Below are positions 43,683 to 58,200 of a stretch of 64,000 nt of DNA, in pieces. The notes beneath the pieces were generated by a model. That model was not told the origin of the DNA. It saw nothing but the letters and a program-made list of their open reading frames with translations, and did no database searches. This DNA comes from an uncultured virus (IMG/VR IMGVR_UViG_3300022198_000011) (lineage: Duplodnaviria > Heunggongvirae > Uroviricota > Caudoviricetes), in the IMG/VR virus record IMGVR_UViG_3300022198_000011, one strand, 5' to 3'. Numbering within the stretch: position 1 is the stretch's first letter; every line of letters starts with the position of its first letter. Position numbers and translations under genes: made by a program.

Positions 43683-45016
43683 TGGTTGCATTTGCTGCTT
43701 TGACGGTTGCGCTGAACGGTGCTCTTACGAGCGCTGGAGGCCTAACTGGTATTTTGAGCAGCATTGGAGGAATTGTAGCAGGAGCAGGCTCAGCCATCAT
43801 GGGCGCAATCGGCGGCGCTATGACATTTGTTCAAGAGAAGTTTCAAGGCATCAAGGATTTTTGGAACGAAAACATCGCTCCTGTGTTTGATGAGTTGCTG
43901 GCGTTCGCTCAACCTGCTCTTGAGGCTATAGGGGCTGTCTTTTCAGCCACCTTCGGCACGGCTTTTGACCTTCTTAAAGCAGCATGGGAGGTTCTCATGG
44001 CGGCCTTACAGGTGGTGTGGAACACTGTTGTTGACCCCCTCATCAGCGTCTTTACTGGCCTCTTTACGGCGGGCATGGCGCTTGTCAAAGGAGACTGGGA
44101 CGGAGTCATGGAAGGATTGAAGACCGTTTGGGACGCGGTTATCATGCCTATCATTCAGCCTTTCGTCGACCTCTTCAAAGTCGGTATGGAACTGGCGAAA
44201 GGCAATTGGGACGGCGTTATGGAAAACCTGAAAGCCGCATGGGACAACAGTCTCGGTAAGATTCTCCAGCCGTTCATTGACCCGTTGTTGGCGGCATTTA
44301 CCAGCATCAAGGAGCGATGGGGTGAAGTGGCTACTGCACTCAGCGTTGCTTGGGAAACCTATGTCAAAAATCCAATTATGGCGGTATTCAGCCCTCTATT
44401 CGACTCCTTCGCTCTCATTCAAGACAACTGGGATGTCATCATGGCGGCCATGGGCGTAGCGTTTGATAGGTTCATGAGCCCCATCAAGACCGCTCTCGGC
44501 ATTATTTTGGCTCCGTTCAAACTGGCTTGGGACGGCATCCTCGCAGGCATTGACCTTGCGAAAGCGGGCTTTGACGCTTTTGCTACCGGGCTGCAATCAG
44601 CATACGACAGTTACATCTCACCTGCACTTGATGCGATTTGGGGTATTTTGGGACCCATCGTCGAAGGTATCGGAAAGTTAGCCAGTGGTGTAGGTGGCTT
44701 CATCGGCGGTGCTGTTGACGGCGCAGCGGGCCTTCTTGGCTTCTCTGAGGGCGGCGTAGCCAGCGGACCTACTGGCGGCTACCCTGTCATGCTCCACGGC
44801 ACTGAGGCAGTCGTGCCCCTGTCCGGCGGACGCTCCATCCCTGTAGAGATGAAGGACGGTGGAGGTGGAGGTGGAAACACCTTCAACATCAGCATCAATC
44901 CCAGCGGCATCACTGACCGCACGGACAAGCGTGAGATGGCCCGTCAGATGGGTAACATGATTCAGCAAGAAGTCTCCCGCGCACTGGGCGGCACGACGAT
45001 GCGAGGGAGGGTCTGA
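43682..45016 (+). CDS. Tape measure protein (short)
   Basis: Periodic Trp/Phe amphipathic repeats (GDWDGVMEGLKTVWD / GNWDGVMENLKAAWD); C-terminal FSEGG...LHGTEAVVPL. Confidence 0.85.
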   Translation: MVAFAALTVALNGALTSAGGLTGILSSIGGIVAGAGSAIMGAIGGAMTFVQEKFQGIKDFWNENIAPVFDELLAFAQPALEAIGAVFSATFGTAFDLLKAAWEVLMAALQVVWNTVVDPLISVFTGLFTAGMALVKGDWDGVMEGLKTVWDAVIMPIIQPFVDLFKVGMELAKGNWDGVMENLKAAWDNSLGKILQPFIDPLLAAFTSIKERWGEVATALSVAWETYVKNPIMAVFSPLFDSFALIQDNWDVIMAAMGVAFDRFMSPIKTALGIILAPFKLAWDGILAGIDLAKAGFDAFATGLQSAYDSYISPALDAIWGILGPIVEGIGKLASGVGGFIGGAVDGAAGLLGFSEGGVASGPTGGYPVMLHGTEAVVPLSGGRSIPVEMKDGGGGGGNTFNISINPSGITDRTDKREMARQMGNMIQQEVSRALGGTTMRGRV

Positions 45017-45018
45017 GC

Positions 45019-46254
45019 ATGGCTGATGGCTACGGCACGCCCATCCGTCTGCACTTCGATAATCCGACAGCCATGGCTGCTGCAGGTTACAGTAGTGGTA
45101 TGGAACTCAGCGCTCAGTCCATCGCCTTGAGCGTAGAGCGTAAAGTCGGCGGCATGCCTGCTCCCTTTACTGGCGGTCGTCGTTACGGCATCGACCTCAA
45201 CCGTGTCAACTCCACTATTATCATTGAAGGCGTGTTCGTGGACGATGACCTCAGCCGAGCGACCAAAGCCGCTACGGCTGCTCAAGCGGAGATTGACTTT
45301 GCATTCGAGAGTAAGTTCACCCTCAGCAACGGAGCACTCGCTGCAGTCAACCCTGCTTTCTATCAAAACTTAGCAACTGGACTTGGGACGCTGCAGTTAT
45401 ACCTCAAACTCTCCTCAGGTGCAACAAGCGCTGCTATCATTCAATTCGAGTCATCCTCGGGCTCAGTGGGCTATGTGAGCGGCACTAACATTCGTGTTTA
45501 TGACACCAGCACGGGGGCTTCCATCACCGGTCCTCAACTGGCCACTGCCGTGTCCACGGCCATCAGCACTGCGCCTGCGCTCAGCAGTTATCTCACGGTA
45601 AGTGTAGTGGCTTCCAAAAAGGTCCCGTCTGCGGGCAACACTCGCCTCATCATCAGGCAGATAAACAGCGGGCCAATGAACCGGTCCACGAGCCTCCTCT
45701 TCAACAACTCCGCTGAGTTCATTCCTTACCACACACAGTTCACGGGTGGCTTTGACGCATCGACTACGCTGAAATCAGCAGGTGACAAAGTGCAGGACCT
45801 TTACGGTATTCTGCACAACACGCAGCGAACGGGCTCAGCAGCAGTTGCTGGTGGCTTGATTGCAGCAGGAGCAGTCATCGCCACGGGTGGTGTGGGACTC
45901 ATAGCAGGTGCTGCTATTGTCGGAGGCAGTTCTGCTGCTGCTGGCGGACTCTTTTCCCTCTTTACAGACGGCGACTACCCCATTGGTCTGCAAATCCCTT
46001 ACAACTCGATGATTACTGCACCGGACGGGCAAAAATACGCTGCTCGCAACTTCCTCGTGCCTACTGGGCTGGGCCTCAATGTCAATGATAAGATGTCGCA
46101 AAACAACAACAAGCCCGCCGGTGGTGAGTTTCTGAAGGACGATAAGTTCACAGGCATCAAAGGCGCTATTCAGAAGTTCGATGTCGGCTACTCAGCAGGT
46201 GAACAGGTCTACACCTTCCAAATGGTTTTCGCTCCTATTGATGTGCTCGCTTGA
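45019..46254 (+). CDS. Distal tail-like protein with insertions and a long hydrophobic Gly/Ala segment
   Basis: Follows the tape measure; AAVAGGLIAAGAVIATGGVGLIAGAAIVGG. Confidence 0.55.
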   Translation: MADGYGTPIRLHFDNPTAMAAAGYSSGMELSAQSIALSVERKVGGMPAPFTGGRRYGIDLNRVNSTIIIEGVFVDDDLSRATKAATAAQAEIDFAFESKFTLSNGALAAVNPAFYQNLATGLGTLQLYLKLSSGATSAAIIQFESSSGSVGYVSGTNIRVYDTSTGASITGPQLATAVSTAISTAPALSSYLTVSVVASKKVPSAGNTRLIIRQINSGPMNRSTSLLFNNSAEFIPYHTQFTGGFDASTTLKSAGDKVQDLYGILHNTQRTGSAAVAGGLIAAGAVIATGGVGLIAGAAIVGGSSAAAGGLFSLFTDGDYPIGLQIPYNSMITAPDGQKYAARNFLVPTGLGLNVNDKMSQNNNKPAGGEFLKDDKFTGIKGAIQKFDVGYSAGEQVYTFQMVFAPIDVLA

Positions 46255-46263
46255 GGTGATACG

Positions 46264-49200
46264 ATGCCGATTATGCTCCAGTCAAACCACGCCCTCTTCT
46301 TTGATGGCGTGAGCGACGGAGTCATCATCCCGCAAGGTGTCTTCAGTAAATTGGGCCGAGACACTGCTGACGGCGACCGTAGCGCTTCGGACATCATCAG
46401 CACCTCTTCTCAAGGTGCACGGGTAGCCAGCGCTATCAGCGACGCTCTTGGCGGTCAAATTGCTATTGAAGCGTGGGTCACGCCTGACTGTGGCGGCGTC
46501 GTGTTGTCCAAGGACAAGCAGTTCCAACTCAGCATCGGCAGCGTTGACACGCCCGGCCCCGCCGTGTTTGAGGTCAACATCATCAGTGAGGGTGGTGTGC
46601 GCAAGGTTATCCTCAGCACCGCTACGACGCTCACCACGGGCTACGACGGCACCGTCTACCCCAGCACAACCTACGGTGGCTTTGAGGACTCCTACAACCG
46701 CTTCGACGCCGCCAAGGACGATGCGACAAACCTCAACATCAATCAGCGACCACTCATTCATATCGTCGCTGCTGTCACCAACGGGGCGGCTGTGCTCTAC
46801 ATCAACGGCGAACTTATGGCTCGTGAAGCCATTCCCGGCAACTACACATTACCTGAATCGGACGAACATGTCTACATTGGTGGCTCAGGAGGTCAGTTTC
46901 GTGGCGTCATTGAAAACATCCACATCTCAGCGGTATTCAGTAACGAGATGGTAACTCGCAACGCTGCATTGGTCGGTGAAGATACGCTGGCGTTGTTTCG
47001 CTTTGAGGAGCCGATTGACCCCATCGAAGGCACCTTTACCATCAACTCCATCTCAGCAGACAGCAATCTTTCGGCTATCAACATCAGCACAAGCGATGCT
47101 GCTTTATTAGCGAGTAAATTGACGGGAACCGCAGTCACAGCAGGAATTATTGACTTCACTTCGTCGCCCTACTCCTCCGGCAACTATGCGGTGGTCGATT
47201 ACAAAACCACGCCGGGCACCAAACAAACACACGCTGTGCCCCATGTTCCTTACAATCTCCTCATCAATCCGGGGGCTATCCGACGAGAGAGTGAAAAACC
47301 AAATCAGTCTCCTCCTGAGCGTGTTCGACTCCACCGTATCAATGTCGATACGGGAGCGATACTCGTCAGCAGCGTCCATCTTGACTTCGGCAGTTCCACC
47401 AACGGAGATGGGCTACGCCCTGTATTACACACTCGCAGCGCTGCAACTGGTGATAACTACTTCGTGGTGGTTGCTGCAGACCTTCTCCTTGACAATGGAA
47501 CGGGTCGTCCTTATCAACCACCTCACCTCGCATCGCAACTGATTGACCGCACGGGTCAAATGGTGCTTGACGAGAGTGACTTGGAGCAGCACGGCATTGT
47601 CTTCTCCAGTCGTATGGCGACGACAAGCAACGACCCCAACAACCCCTTCGCCGTTGTTTGGCCCAGCACCCTCAACGAGTCTTTCCAAATCGGTCACTCA
47701 GGTCGGCACACGCTCAACCATGTCATCGGCCACCACTACTTGCGCAACATGCCTCGGGCCAACGAAGAGATTCTTGACCAGCAAGTGGGCAACGCCGACA
47801 TCGTTGAACTCCTCTATGACGAAGGCGCAAAAGGCATTGAGAAGCAATTCCCCATCAACAGTCGTGTTGACTATTACCGTGACATCGCTCAATCCCGTAT
47901 TGTCAATGTTGTGTCCACCAGCACCGTTCACGAAGCGGTTGACAACGGCCTTACCGGTGCCTCACGCCGCTTGATTGCGATTGGTGGTGCTGGGTCCACC
48001 ACCTTCGACCCTATGCCTTTCGTGCTCAAAGGGCCGGTGCCTCAAAAGGTGAGTGAAGTTGACGCCAACATGCGAAAGCATCACTTGCGTCCTTCAGCCA
48101 CCAGCAGAGTCGCCATCCTTGAAGTGGACTTGTCGTCCTACGGGATGGCCCCTTTCGTCGAGATTCACTACAACGCTATCGACTTCACCGGAGTCAGTAT
48201 GAACAAGACGGCTCCGATGCTTATGGTCGAGAAGACTGTGCCTGCTTCTAACCTTCTGCTTAGCACAGGACCGGACTTCTATGTCATCGACGCTATTGAA
48301 GCAGCATTGGGCTCAGCCACGATTCATGCTCCCGGCGGCATTCTTGAAGTCGCTGATGCTCATGAAGGAGGCTACGCTCAAGCCTCGTTTTCGCACGCCC
48401 TCGTGGGTGATAACAGCGAGGGCTACGAAAGCGACGACGAACTGGACGAGCGTTACACACCGCAAAATTATGCGACAGTGCGTGATGAACCTCGTCGCCC
48501 TCCGCAAAACATTTCCGCTTCACACACGACAAAGACGGCTCACGAGTCCGTGTTTCATCACATCATCGTTGAGGCAAATGCGGCGGAAGACTTCGTCCCC
48601 CCAGTGCGCTCGCCGGGCGAAGAGATTGCGTCACCGAGCGCCGGTGAGTTTGACATCGGTATCGCTGCTTCAAGCGGCCCCGTGCATGAAATGTTTGACA
48701 TCGTTGACAACCACGCTGTCGCTTTGCCGACCATCGCTCAGCGTATCTTCGTGCAACCGTCTGACCGTCGTCGAACTGCTCAGTTGCGGCACATCAAAAC
48801 AGAGAGTAGTCATGGTAAAGACGCTCACTACGCTACCGTTATGTTTCTTATGACTCGTGCACGCTTGCGCAGCGTCGCTGAAGAAGAGTCTGACGACGGA
48901 GGCTCTCGTTACACCAAGGTGCGTTGTGTGGGCCTTAACTCGGCCGCTGTTGAGCGGAGCGTCGACGAGATTGGCTCAGGTAGTCCTGATTCGCATGTCG
49001 TGAAGGAGATTGACCCAAACGCTCCTGTTGTGTCCGTGACGCTTGGTGGTGTAGGTCAGGGTGCCTACGACACCAATCCGTCTTTTGACCCGAGTGCTCT
49101 TTCGAGGCTGCCTTATAACACTCGACGAGGCTTCTCATGTTTTGCTACTTCGATTCGTGTTGACCGCAACATAACTGCGGCCGACCGAGTGCAATTTATC

Positions 49201-52200
49201 GAAGTCCGAGCACTCAACAACGGTTCAGATGACCTCAAAGCATGGGGAACCTATCCCTTCCCCAAAAGGGGGCGACTTTACCTCAAGACTGGTGCAAGCG
49301 CCGAATACACCAGCAAGAACGGCGTGGGCTTCTTTTTTACTGACGCCACCGTAGGTAGCGGGCGCTTCGTTTTGCCTGACGGGTCCGAGGTCGCTAACTT
49401 CTACGAATGGGCCGATGCGTCCGGTCTAAGTGCCGAAGCAGGTGCTGTAGCGAGCGGCAGTGCTGGCTCTTTCTCTCTTGGTGAAATTATCCTTGGTGAC
49501 GGTAACTTCTACATGGAAAACGCAGCATCTGACGGCACCACTGTCAACGACCGTATGTTCCAATCCATGGACACCGTAACCCACGATTATCAATTAGGCA
49601 CTCAGTTCGCCAGCACTCGTGCGCTTGTTGAAATCCCACTCTTCAACGAACAGTTCTTTGAAAACGCCGCTGAAGGTATTTTCCCCGGTCCTGATAACTC
49701 ACTGAAGTTGCATCTCGACCCAACCATGACAGCACACACATGGAACCCCTCACCGGTCGGGCGTCGCTACCCTGAGGTATCTCCCGCTGACCGGACGGCC
49801 CACGCCGCTTATGCCTATGCTCTTTCACAAAGTGAACATACCCGCAGTGCGTCAATTCAACACAGAGCAGAAGTCGTCAGTGGTTTCTACCGACTCTATG
49901 TGAGCAACCCCGACATCTTCCCCGCTGCTAACATCAACAAGGTGGTCGGCTCTGAGCCTGACTACTTCTATGTCGAGGAAGTGCAACGCCATCAACGCGC
50001 TTTCTTACCCAGCGGCGATTGGATTATTTACGAGAACGACCCTGCTGCTGACGGTTATTTGGAGTTTGAAGATGAACCTTGGGCCTACTCTGAAAACTTC
50101 TTGCGACTGCATGAGCCGGGCATGATGCTTCTCGTCGGTGGTTTCTACCAATCTGAATCGTTGGTGCCGCTTGAAGGTAGCCCTCTCTCTCCGTCGTCCG
50201 CCATTGAGCGACGCAGCGAATACTACCATGACTCGGCCAGCGTTAAGACGCAGGGTGGGAATGTCGATTATGGTCTGCGTCAGTATGTCAGTGCTGTTGA
50301 GTTCAAAGCAGGGCCGACTACAAACCCTCACGCTCCTCGTGTCTTCAGCGGGCGTGCACGGGGCTCGGTGCTTGGTGTTACTCCTATCATGAACGGTAGC
50401 ACTTTCACCGGGCTCGCAGTCATCTCTTTGTCTGAAGAGGACGCTGACCTCTTCCCAAACATCTCACCTACGCTCGACTCAAACGGTAACATCGTCTACG
50501 AGACAGGAGATTACCACTACGGCCTTGAGACATTTTCACCTGACGGCACCACTCGTCGCTTCATCTACTGGGGTGACGCCTCGGCGACTTTCGCTGCATT
50601 GAGTGGTAGTCCAACCAGCCCCGAGCAATTCCGCAACTCCATCCTTGTTGAAGACATTTTCAACAAGGGCGGTGCTCTACCCAACTACCTCGACCGAACA
50701 CAGCCTGAGTTTATTCTTGACCAAGATGCTCTACTCACCCGCCGTGGTTTTGACCTCGGTTATTCTATCGACCGCTTTAGTCGTGCGCTTGAAGACAATC
50801 TCAACATTAGTGATACTTACCGACCGCCTACCGGTCGACATCCTTGGATTATCAGAGCCACGCCTACTCCAACTCCCGTTAGCATCACCGTAACCAACCC
50901 GACACACAACGGTCTACTGCAAGCCAACACGACCGGGTTGGATGTGCAGGTGGGTGATGAGGTCTATGTTGAGCGTTATGTCATCGCTACGGGTAAAACA
51001 GAGAGCGTGCTCTACCTCGGTCGAGTTCAACTCATTGACGAGGGTCAGGCTCAAGCCATACCGACCACGGACACAATTATTACGCTGGACGGCTCAATGC
51101 TGCCCGATGTCTTGATTGACTTGCAGAATATCGCTGCTGACGCTGCTTTGACGGCTTACTTGCGAGTGGGTTGTCACAATGTCATGAAGAACGATGATGA
51201 GGCCATTCTCAATCGCTCGTGGCTTTTCCCTTACGCCCAAGGTGGTTTGCGTCACGGTGATACGGTGTGGGCTAACATGACTTACAACAATCCGCACGCT
51301 ATTGAAGGACTCTTCGCGAAGAGTCGTGGAGTCTTCAACGAGGGTTTGGTGTGGAATGAGTTCAACGGCGGCCAAGGTGCTCTCAGTGGCGAGGCTCGCG
51401 ATAGTCTACCGCTTGAAAACTTCCTCATCGGCAACACTTGTCGTGAAACGGCCATCAACTACGCTCAGCATGTCAATAAGACCATCGAGGTCAACTACGC
51501 TGAACTGGGTATCAGCAATCCGCCAGTAGTTGCTTATCTCGACCCCATGCTCAACGGTGATGACCACGCTCGTGTCCTTCTCTACGATGTCGCTCACGAC
51601 CGTGAGTTCGTCGCATTCCAAGACCTTCACATGCAGGTTCAAACCAGCGCCAAGGTAACTGAAATCGGGTTCCAACGGCACACCACGGCGCAGAACATCG
51701 TTGACGGTAGCGACCAAATTGACCTTGGTAAATACGGCATTGAGTATAATGGCGCTGGACAGCACGGCTACATCACTCAAATTGACACGGCTGCCGGTTA
51801 TCCCAGTCAGAACAAGTTCGTCCGCAACACTACTCGCTCTCGTTTCATGGAGAGTGCTTATGCTCATGACCTCGCTAACCACTATGCTGCGAGCGTCATG
51901 AAATCACCTATCACGGGTAAAGTCACTGCTCTCACTCCTTACTATAGTAGCGGTGCAAACGGTTCAGGTTACACGGCTGGAACCAAGGCAACGACCACGA
52001 CGGGCACCGGTGCTGGGCTTACCGTCACCATTACAGTGAGCGGCGGGGCGATTGCTACAGCGGTGATTGCATCTGCCGGGACAGGTTATCAGCACAACGA
52101 TGTCATCACCGTGAGCGGCGGCACAAGCGGTAGGTTCCGCGTGAGTGTCGCTCCTTCGGGCACTTCAACCCACCTCACGGCACTTGACCGCATCACGCAG

Positions 52201-55200
52201 TATGGGAAGGCACACGGACACATGGTGCACACGGGTTATTACACCGGCGGTCCGTTTAGCGAGCGGTCGATTGGCGACAGCATTCAGCCTCGAACCAACG
52301 ACGCTACAGTCATCCCCTACTGGGCTAATGAGGCACACACTTACACTCGCAAGGTTCGCTCCAACCTCGACCGCTTTATCGTCGCTTTAACGCTACATCG
52401 TGAGGAGAAGGCAGGGGCCACGACCCGTGACCCATCTACCCTGTTCGATACACCCGACGGCACTCGTGTTGTCCCTGCCTTCCTTGCTCTGCGTGGTATT
52501 CGCTCAGGTGCTCTTGACCTGTCTTCGCACGACGAGCAGCGTTTGCAGCATCTTAAGCACTGGACTGAAATGGACTTCACCCGTCGTCTTACCATTGACT
52601 GCGGTGAAGTCGCTACTCGTGACGGTGTCACCGACATTGAGGCTGCTGCTCGTGAAGTAGTGCGAATTATTAACCAAGCAGGGGCCAAGAACGCCCGCAC
52701 CAATCTTACCAACGGTGAGACGGGCTCTGCTTTCGACCCTGCCGTGTGGTGGGACTCAGACAAGGCGTTCAGCACGCAAGACCAAGGCAGTCACATGGGT
52801 TACTTCCGTGCTCATCTTGGCCGTGTCGTGCAAGACACCAAGGGACGAGAAGGTTTCTCCGTGGTCATTCACAGCACCGTGCCCGGTGCTACCGGTCGCA
52901 ACTTTGCTGTGTGGCTTGACAACGCTCGGGGTCAATCGGCTTACCAACCTGAGTTCTTGATTGGTCACGGTGGTCGCTTCAGGACTTTTTGGTGTCAACC
53001 TGATGAACTCAGTGGCGAGAACATGCACCCAGCGCCAATGCCTCTAAACAAGCACGGGCGACCCTTTGCACCGATTACTTCGCTGCGTCAATACACCCTG
53101 CCCGATGCTTCATCTGCTGATGTCAAGTCCACCGGTGACTTTGCTCAGCGTGGTGATGAATCCTCGGACCCGGTTATGCGAGCCATGTCGATGGTGACGG
53201 GCTCCGGCCAGTCCTTCAACACCGTCAACACGGAATCGTTGGAGGCTGAAGGCTACATTACCAACTACACCGAAGGGCTCCGCACAGGTTCGCAGGCTAC
53301 CGGTCGTGTGAACTTTGGCGGTCTTGTTGCTGCCGGAATCCCCGGATTCGCACCCGATGCCGGGAAGTGGGGCTTTGGTCGCAAGGGTGACAAGCGCTTC
53401 GATAAGCGATATGGTGATATTCAGAACACATCGGGCGACACTCTCCCGGTGACCTACACGGGTCATGTGCCTGCTTCTCAAATCTCACACGACGCTATCG
53501 GTGATTCGCCACTCTACGGGTTTCAATTCATTGACCACCTTGGTAGGCGTCATGGTATTCGCATCGTCTACCGAGCGATTAACAACAACTTCACACTGGA
53601 TGAAACGCAACTGCCTGACACGCTTGAGGATGAAATTGTCATCTACATTGACGACCGAGATGTCGGGCAGGGCGGCTTGACCATCGGTCGCCACATGCGT
53701 GGATTGGGTGACGCTACTGGTCGTTTCGGTGCAAATCCGAGCAACGCTACGCTGATTGGTTGGGAAGGTAACCGGTGGAACGGTGTTCCGAGTGTCAACG
53801 CAGCCTACGACTGCAAGGCCACTTACGACAGTTCAGCCAAGACGCTGACCTTGGAGATGACCGACCCTTACAACAACTGTCCTCACTTCGATGTGCTGGG
53901 TTACATGGGCTTTCCAATTGAAGATGGCGTCATTCAGGTATCAGACCCCTTCAACGCAGCCACCGCTGTTGGCTCATGGGGTCACATGTTTTCCTACACG
54001 AGTCGCACCCGTAACGATAACACAGGCCCCCACATTTTTTACGGCGTCGAAGGCACCGAGTTCATGACTTCACACACTTTCGCTACGGCTTCGACCGTTA
54101 CCGTCGGTGCTAAGCGTTTTGGCCTCAACACGACAAGCATTCGTGCATTGGTGTCGTCTTGCGCTAATTGGACCACATTGGTCACCGACGAACTGTTGGC
54201 GGCAGTGGTCACGACGGCCATCAACCTACCGAATCCAAACATTGAGGAGGGTGTGCCGTTTGATTGCACTGAGTTTTTCGCTGCTGATGGACGCACTCTC
54301 GGTCAATGGGGCGTGGCTGAAGATGCTATTCGCATTCGTGCTTACAACACGGCCCGTAAAGTGCGACCAATCTCTGACTTTTTCACCGCCACGCTACATC
54401 GTGACATGGCGATTCAAGCCGCCCATGTTGAGCACGGGGATGTGCAGTTTGTCAAGATGACCAAGGATGGTGTGACCCTGCCCAGTTCCAACAACCGGGC
54501 AGCCACCGATGCTCAAATTGATGCTGGCTTAAGAGCAGAGTGTGGCTACATTCCCTACACTGTCGTGCAAGTGAGCACCAAGGGGCGCGGCTCTAACGCC
54601 AACACTGCCTCACCGGTTCTCGTCGACTCAAGCAACGAACCTGTTGACACGGAAGTGTGGGAACAAAATCTCAACGGTCAACGCTTTACTGCTTACTCAG
54701 GCGACCACATCCTACCAATGGTCAACAACCCAACTCTTGAAACCGATGCAAACGACTCTTACATCAACTCACCTAAGTTCCCTGAAGTGGGGTTGGCTGC
54801 CGGTAGCGGTAAGCCATGGCACTTCTTCCGACCTGCTGGTAACGAAGGAGACACCATCAGCAGCCTTGCGAAAGTTGCGTCCTTTAGCAGTCAATCCGAG
54901 GTCTATTTTGGAAACTTCTCTTCCGCTCTCGCAACTACTGTCAACGGTGGAACAGCGTCTTCCGGTTTTACTTCACTTGACCACATCTTGATTGATGAAG
55001 CAACATTGACTGGAACTCCACCCGACGCCAAACCGTCCACCGACCCAACCATTCAGCGCTACGGTGCGCTGCGAGCCTTCAGGACTGCCGGTGTGCGTGT
55101 GCTTGGTAGCCTCCACTCACGGTCGCAAGTGTTCTTCCGTGGGGGTCGGGACAGCAGCGACCATTGGGTTCCGTTGTTCTTCGGTGGCGGCTTTAGCGGT

Positions 55201-58200
55201 GTAACCATTGATGTCAATGACGGTAGCGCTAACGACTACAGCGAAAAATACACTCATCCTTATGCAAACGGGCCGACCGGTGTGGCGGGCATTCAGCACG
55301 CCAACGAGACACTCTCGTCCTTCTCATTGGTGGACTGCAACGCAATCATGGCCTTCTTCCCCGGCACAGCACTTTTGAATCAGCATCGTGGAAGCATCAA
55401 TCCACCGTTCTTCAATCAGGATAGCCTCCTCAGTCCTGACATCAAGGGCGGGACTCAGACCGTTCACCCTGACCATCCCAATCCCGCCCCCTACACGGCA
55501 GGCGTTGCTATTCAGGTGCCCATTCCTTTGGTGCTACGCTTCGCTCACCCAACAGCCCGCTACAACGACCACCGTGATGGTGTTGAAAACAAAACAACAT
55601 TCCTCATTTTTGGCCCCGGTCAGGCCTTCCCATTTACGCAAGAGGAGGCGACGCCCGTCAACACCTACGAACCTGCGCCCGGACGGGCTATCACGGTGGG
55701 TAACACTTGGTCTAAAGTGCCTGCTCACACGGGTAGCAACACGGCATTCATGCCCAACCACATCATGAACGACGCCGGTCACTACATGCCGTGGACCAGC
55801 ACCTATCAACTCAACCGCGGTCGATTCCATTGGCGTCAAACCATCAACTGGGAACCTGCTCAGGGTAAGCCCAATGTTGAGATTCTGCGCCAGCGTCCCG
55901 AGGCTGGTCGTATGTATGGTGAAGTGTTCACTTCAGGAGCGACTAACCTCACGGTGTCCAATGTTCATGACTACCGCATGGCTCACCCCAACCGTCACGG
56001 GGTCTACATGGGCTTCTCCATGGCGAGTAGTTCAGACTGGTGTTTCCACATGGATGGCGGTTACCATCCGGGCGGTTCGTGGATGGACAATCAAATTACT
56101 TTCAATCCGCCTCATCCTGATGACAACAGTCGAGTGTCAAAGAGCGCCATTAGCGGCAACGAATTGCATCCCAGTGCTTTCCGTGTTGCCGCTCCACTGG
56201 CGACCAAGATTCTTTACGGCTCTTCGGGTGCCTTTGTGTCTGAAACAGTCACGCGTGACATCATCGACATGGAATACATCGCTGTAGACGCCACTCGCTG
56301 TCAAAACGGAGAAGAGTTAGCCGCTCTACTCGGTGCCGCTATCAACACCTATCCCGGCGGCGGTGCACTCAAAGCCATGGGCGGGACCTTCTTACCGAGT
56401 TTTAGCAACGCCATGAAGCAAGACCGTTACGGGTGGCGGGAACTTGAAGGCGCTAACATTGTCGACTATGCGCAAGGAGGTGGAGGCATCGCTCTCAATT
56501 CGTCCTTCATCACCGTCGACATTGGTAGCAATCCTGACGATGGTTACAACATTCCTGAAACGGGTTGGATTCGCACCACTAACTCGTTTGCTACAACTAT
56601 CCTCGGAGAGAACTCACCGGCCTTTGCTCCCTATCACAGCCGCATCGTCCTGTATGTCGGTGGTAGTTACAAAGTCAAGTTCTTCCTTGGACAGAATCGA
56701 ATCAGCGGTTACGGTGCTTTTGAGAGTGTAGCGACATGGGATAACTACCTTGACGGTAACCCGTTGACCTACCCAACGCTGGGCTCCGGTGTATCGGGAC
56801 TAAAACTGTATGTGTGGGTTAAGGCAGGTGTCCACCAATGGAGGAATACGACGAGGGTGAGCGGTTATGGACAAGTCCACTTCAACGGCCTCGTTGACGC
56901 TATTGACCGAACTAAACCCGTTGGTGTTGCAGGTTGGGCTGGTGAGCGCTATTCCTATCTCAACACACTGAGTGGTGGGCTTAGCGGACAATATGCTGCT
57001 GGTTTGGGAGCATGGCACGCTTCGCTTGGTTTCTCACCCTACGGTGGAAGCATGGGCTGCGCCAGCGTGCTCGGCCATCTACCGAACATCACCCCCATGC
57101 CGAACAGTCCTGAATCTGCACCACCGAACAACGGTTCAGATGGGTTGGCTACCTTCCCCTCCAATAGCAACCCCGATGCGCCGCAAGACCGCTACGATAT
57201 GGGAACAGACTCAGGTTCCTACACCCTCGCCTTTACCGACAGTAGCGACTTCAACACACCGCCCATTATGGAAAACGAGCCTGAGATGCAGAAAGAACTC
57301 ACTCACATGCAAGGTGTGTTCTCCCGTGCGATGCTTGTTATCTCTCATGAGTCAGAATTGGCTCTTGTCGCCAAGACGGACCGTGACGGGCAAAAGAGCG
57401 TTGGTGACTGGCTGCGTCTTGTCGACGCTGCTGATGTCACTAAGGCGGGCACAGTGCGCTGGGACGACCGCATTCACGGTCAAGACCGCTTCTATGCTCC
57501 AGCGCACGCAGGCCCGAATGTCGAGGCACTCATCCACAATGCAACTTCTCGTCCAACTATCTCAGATTACACTGTTACGAACGCTTTGGACGGCGCTCCA
57601 TTTGACGCAGAGTTCTCACTTCATCCGCCGATTACTGCTGAGAGTGACTTGGAAAACGCTGAGCCCTGCTTTACGAAAACCGGCGACCTCTTTTTTGACC
57701 TTGACAAGAGCATCGGCTCCCACTTCTCAGCCAGCGCAGGGGCGCAACGGAATGTTGCTGCTAACTTCTATGCTTCCGCATCTGTCCAACCTTCTACACT
57801 GTTTGGTGGGACGAAGCAAAAAAACACCTTTTGGGTCGGAGATGTCAACGCTTACGAGATGTATGCTCGCTCCCCTGCTAAGAACTTCAACATTGAGCAT
57901 GTTGTGTGGAAACGAATGGACGGTGGTAGCCTCTCGATGCCTGCCGTCAACGCTCGTGGACTTGGTGCTGTGCCTTGGGTGAACCGTGTCAGCGGCGGTG
58001 TAGGCTACACTACGGGTGAGAAGTTGCTTGGGAATGTCCGTTTCTCTTTTGAGACAACGAACAGCGCTATGTTACCTGTCCTGCAAGCGCAGGAACTGGC
58101 GCATCCGCAACTGGCTGAAAAGCACCGTATCAAACTACAGAATGTGCTTGAGATTCCCAACGAGCATCTGCAGTTTGAAGAGATGGAAGTCATTGACGAC

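Noticed and set aside
56972..57982. 336-aa alternate-frame ORF inside the giant gene
   Set aside because: Leu/Arg/Ser/Thr-rich composition typical of an off-frame read; no SD or motif
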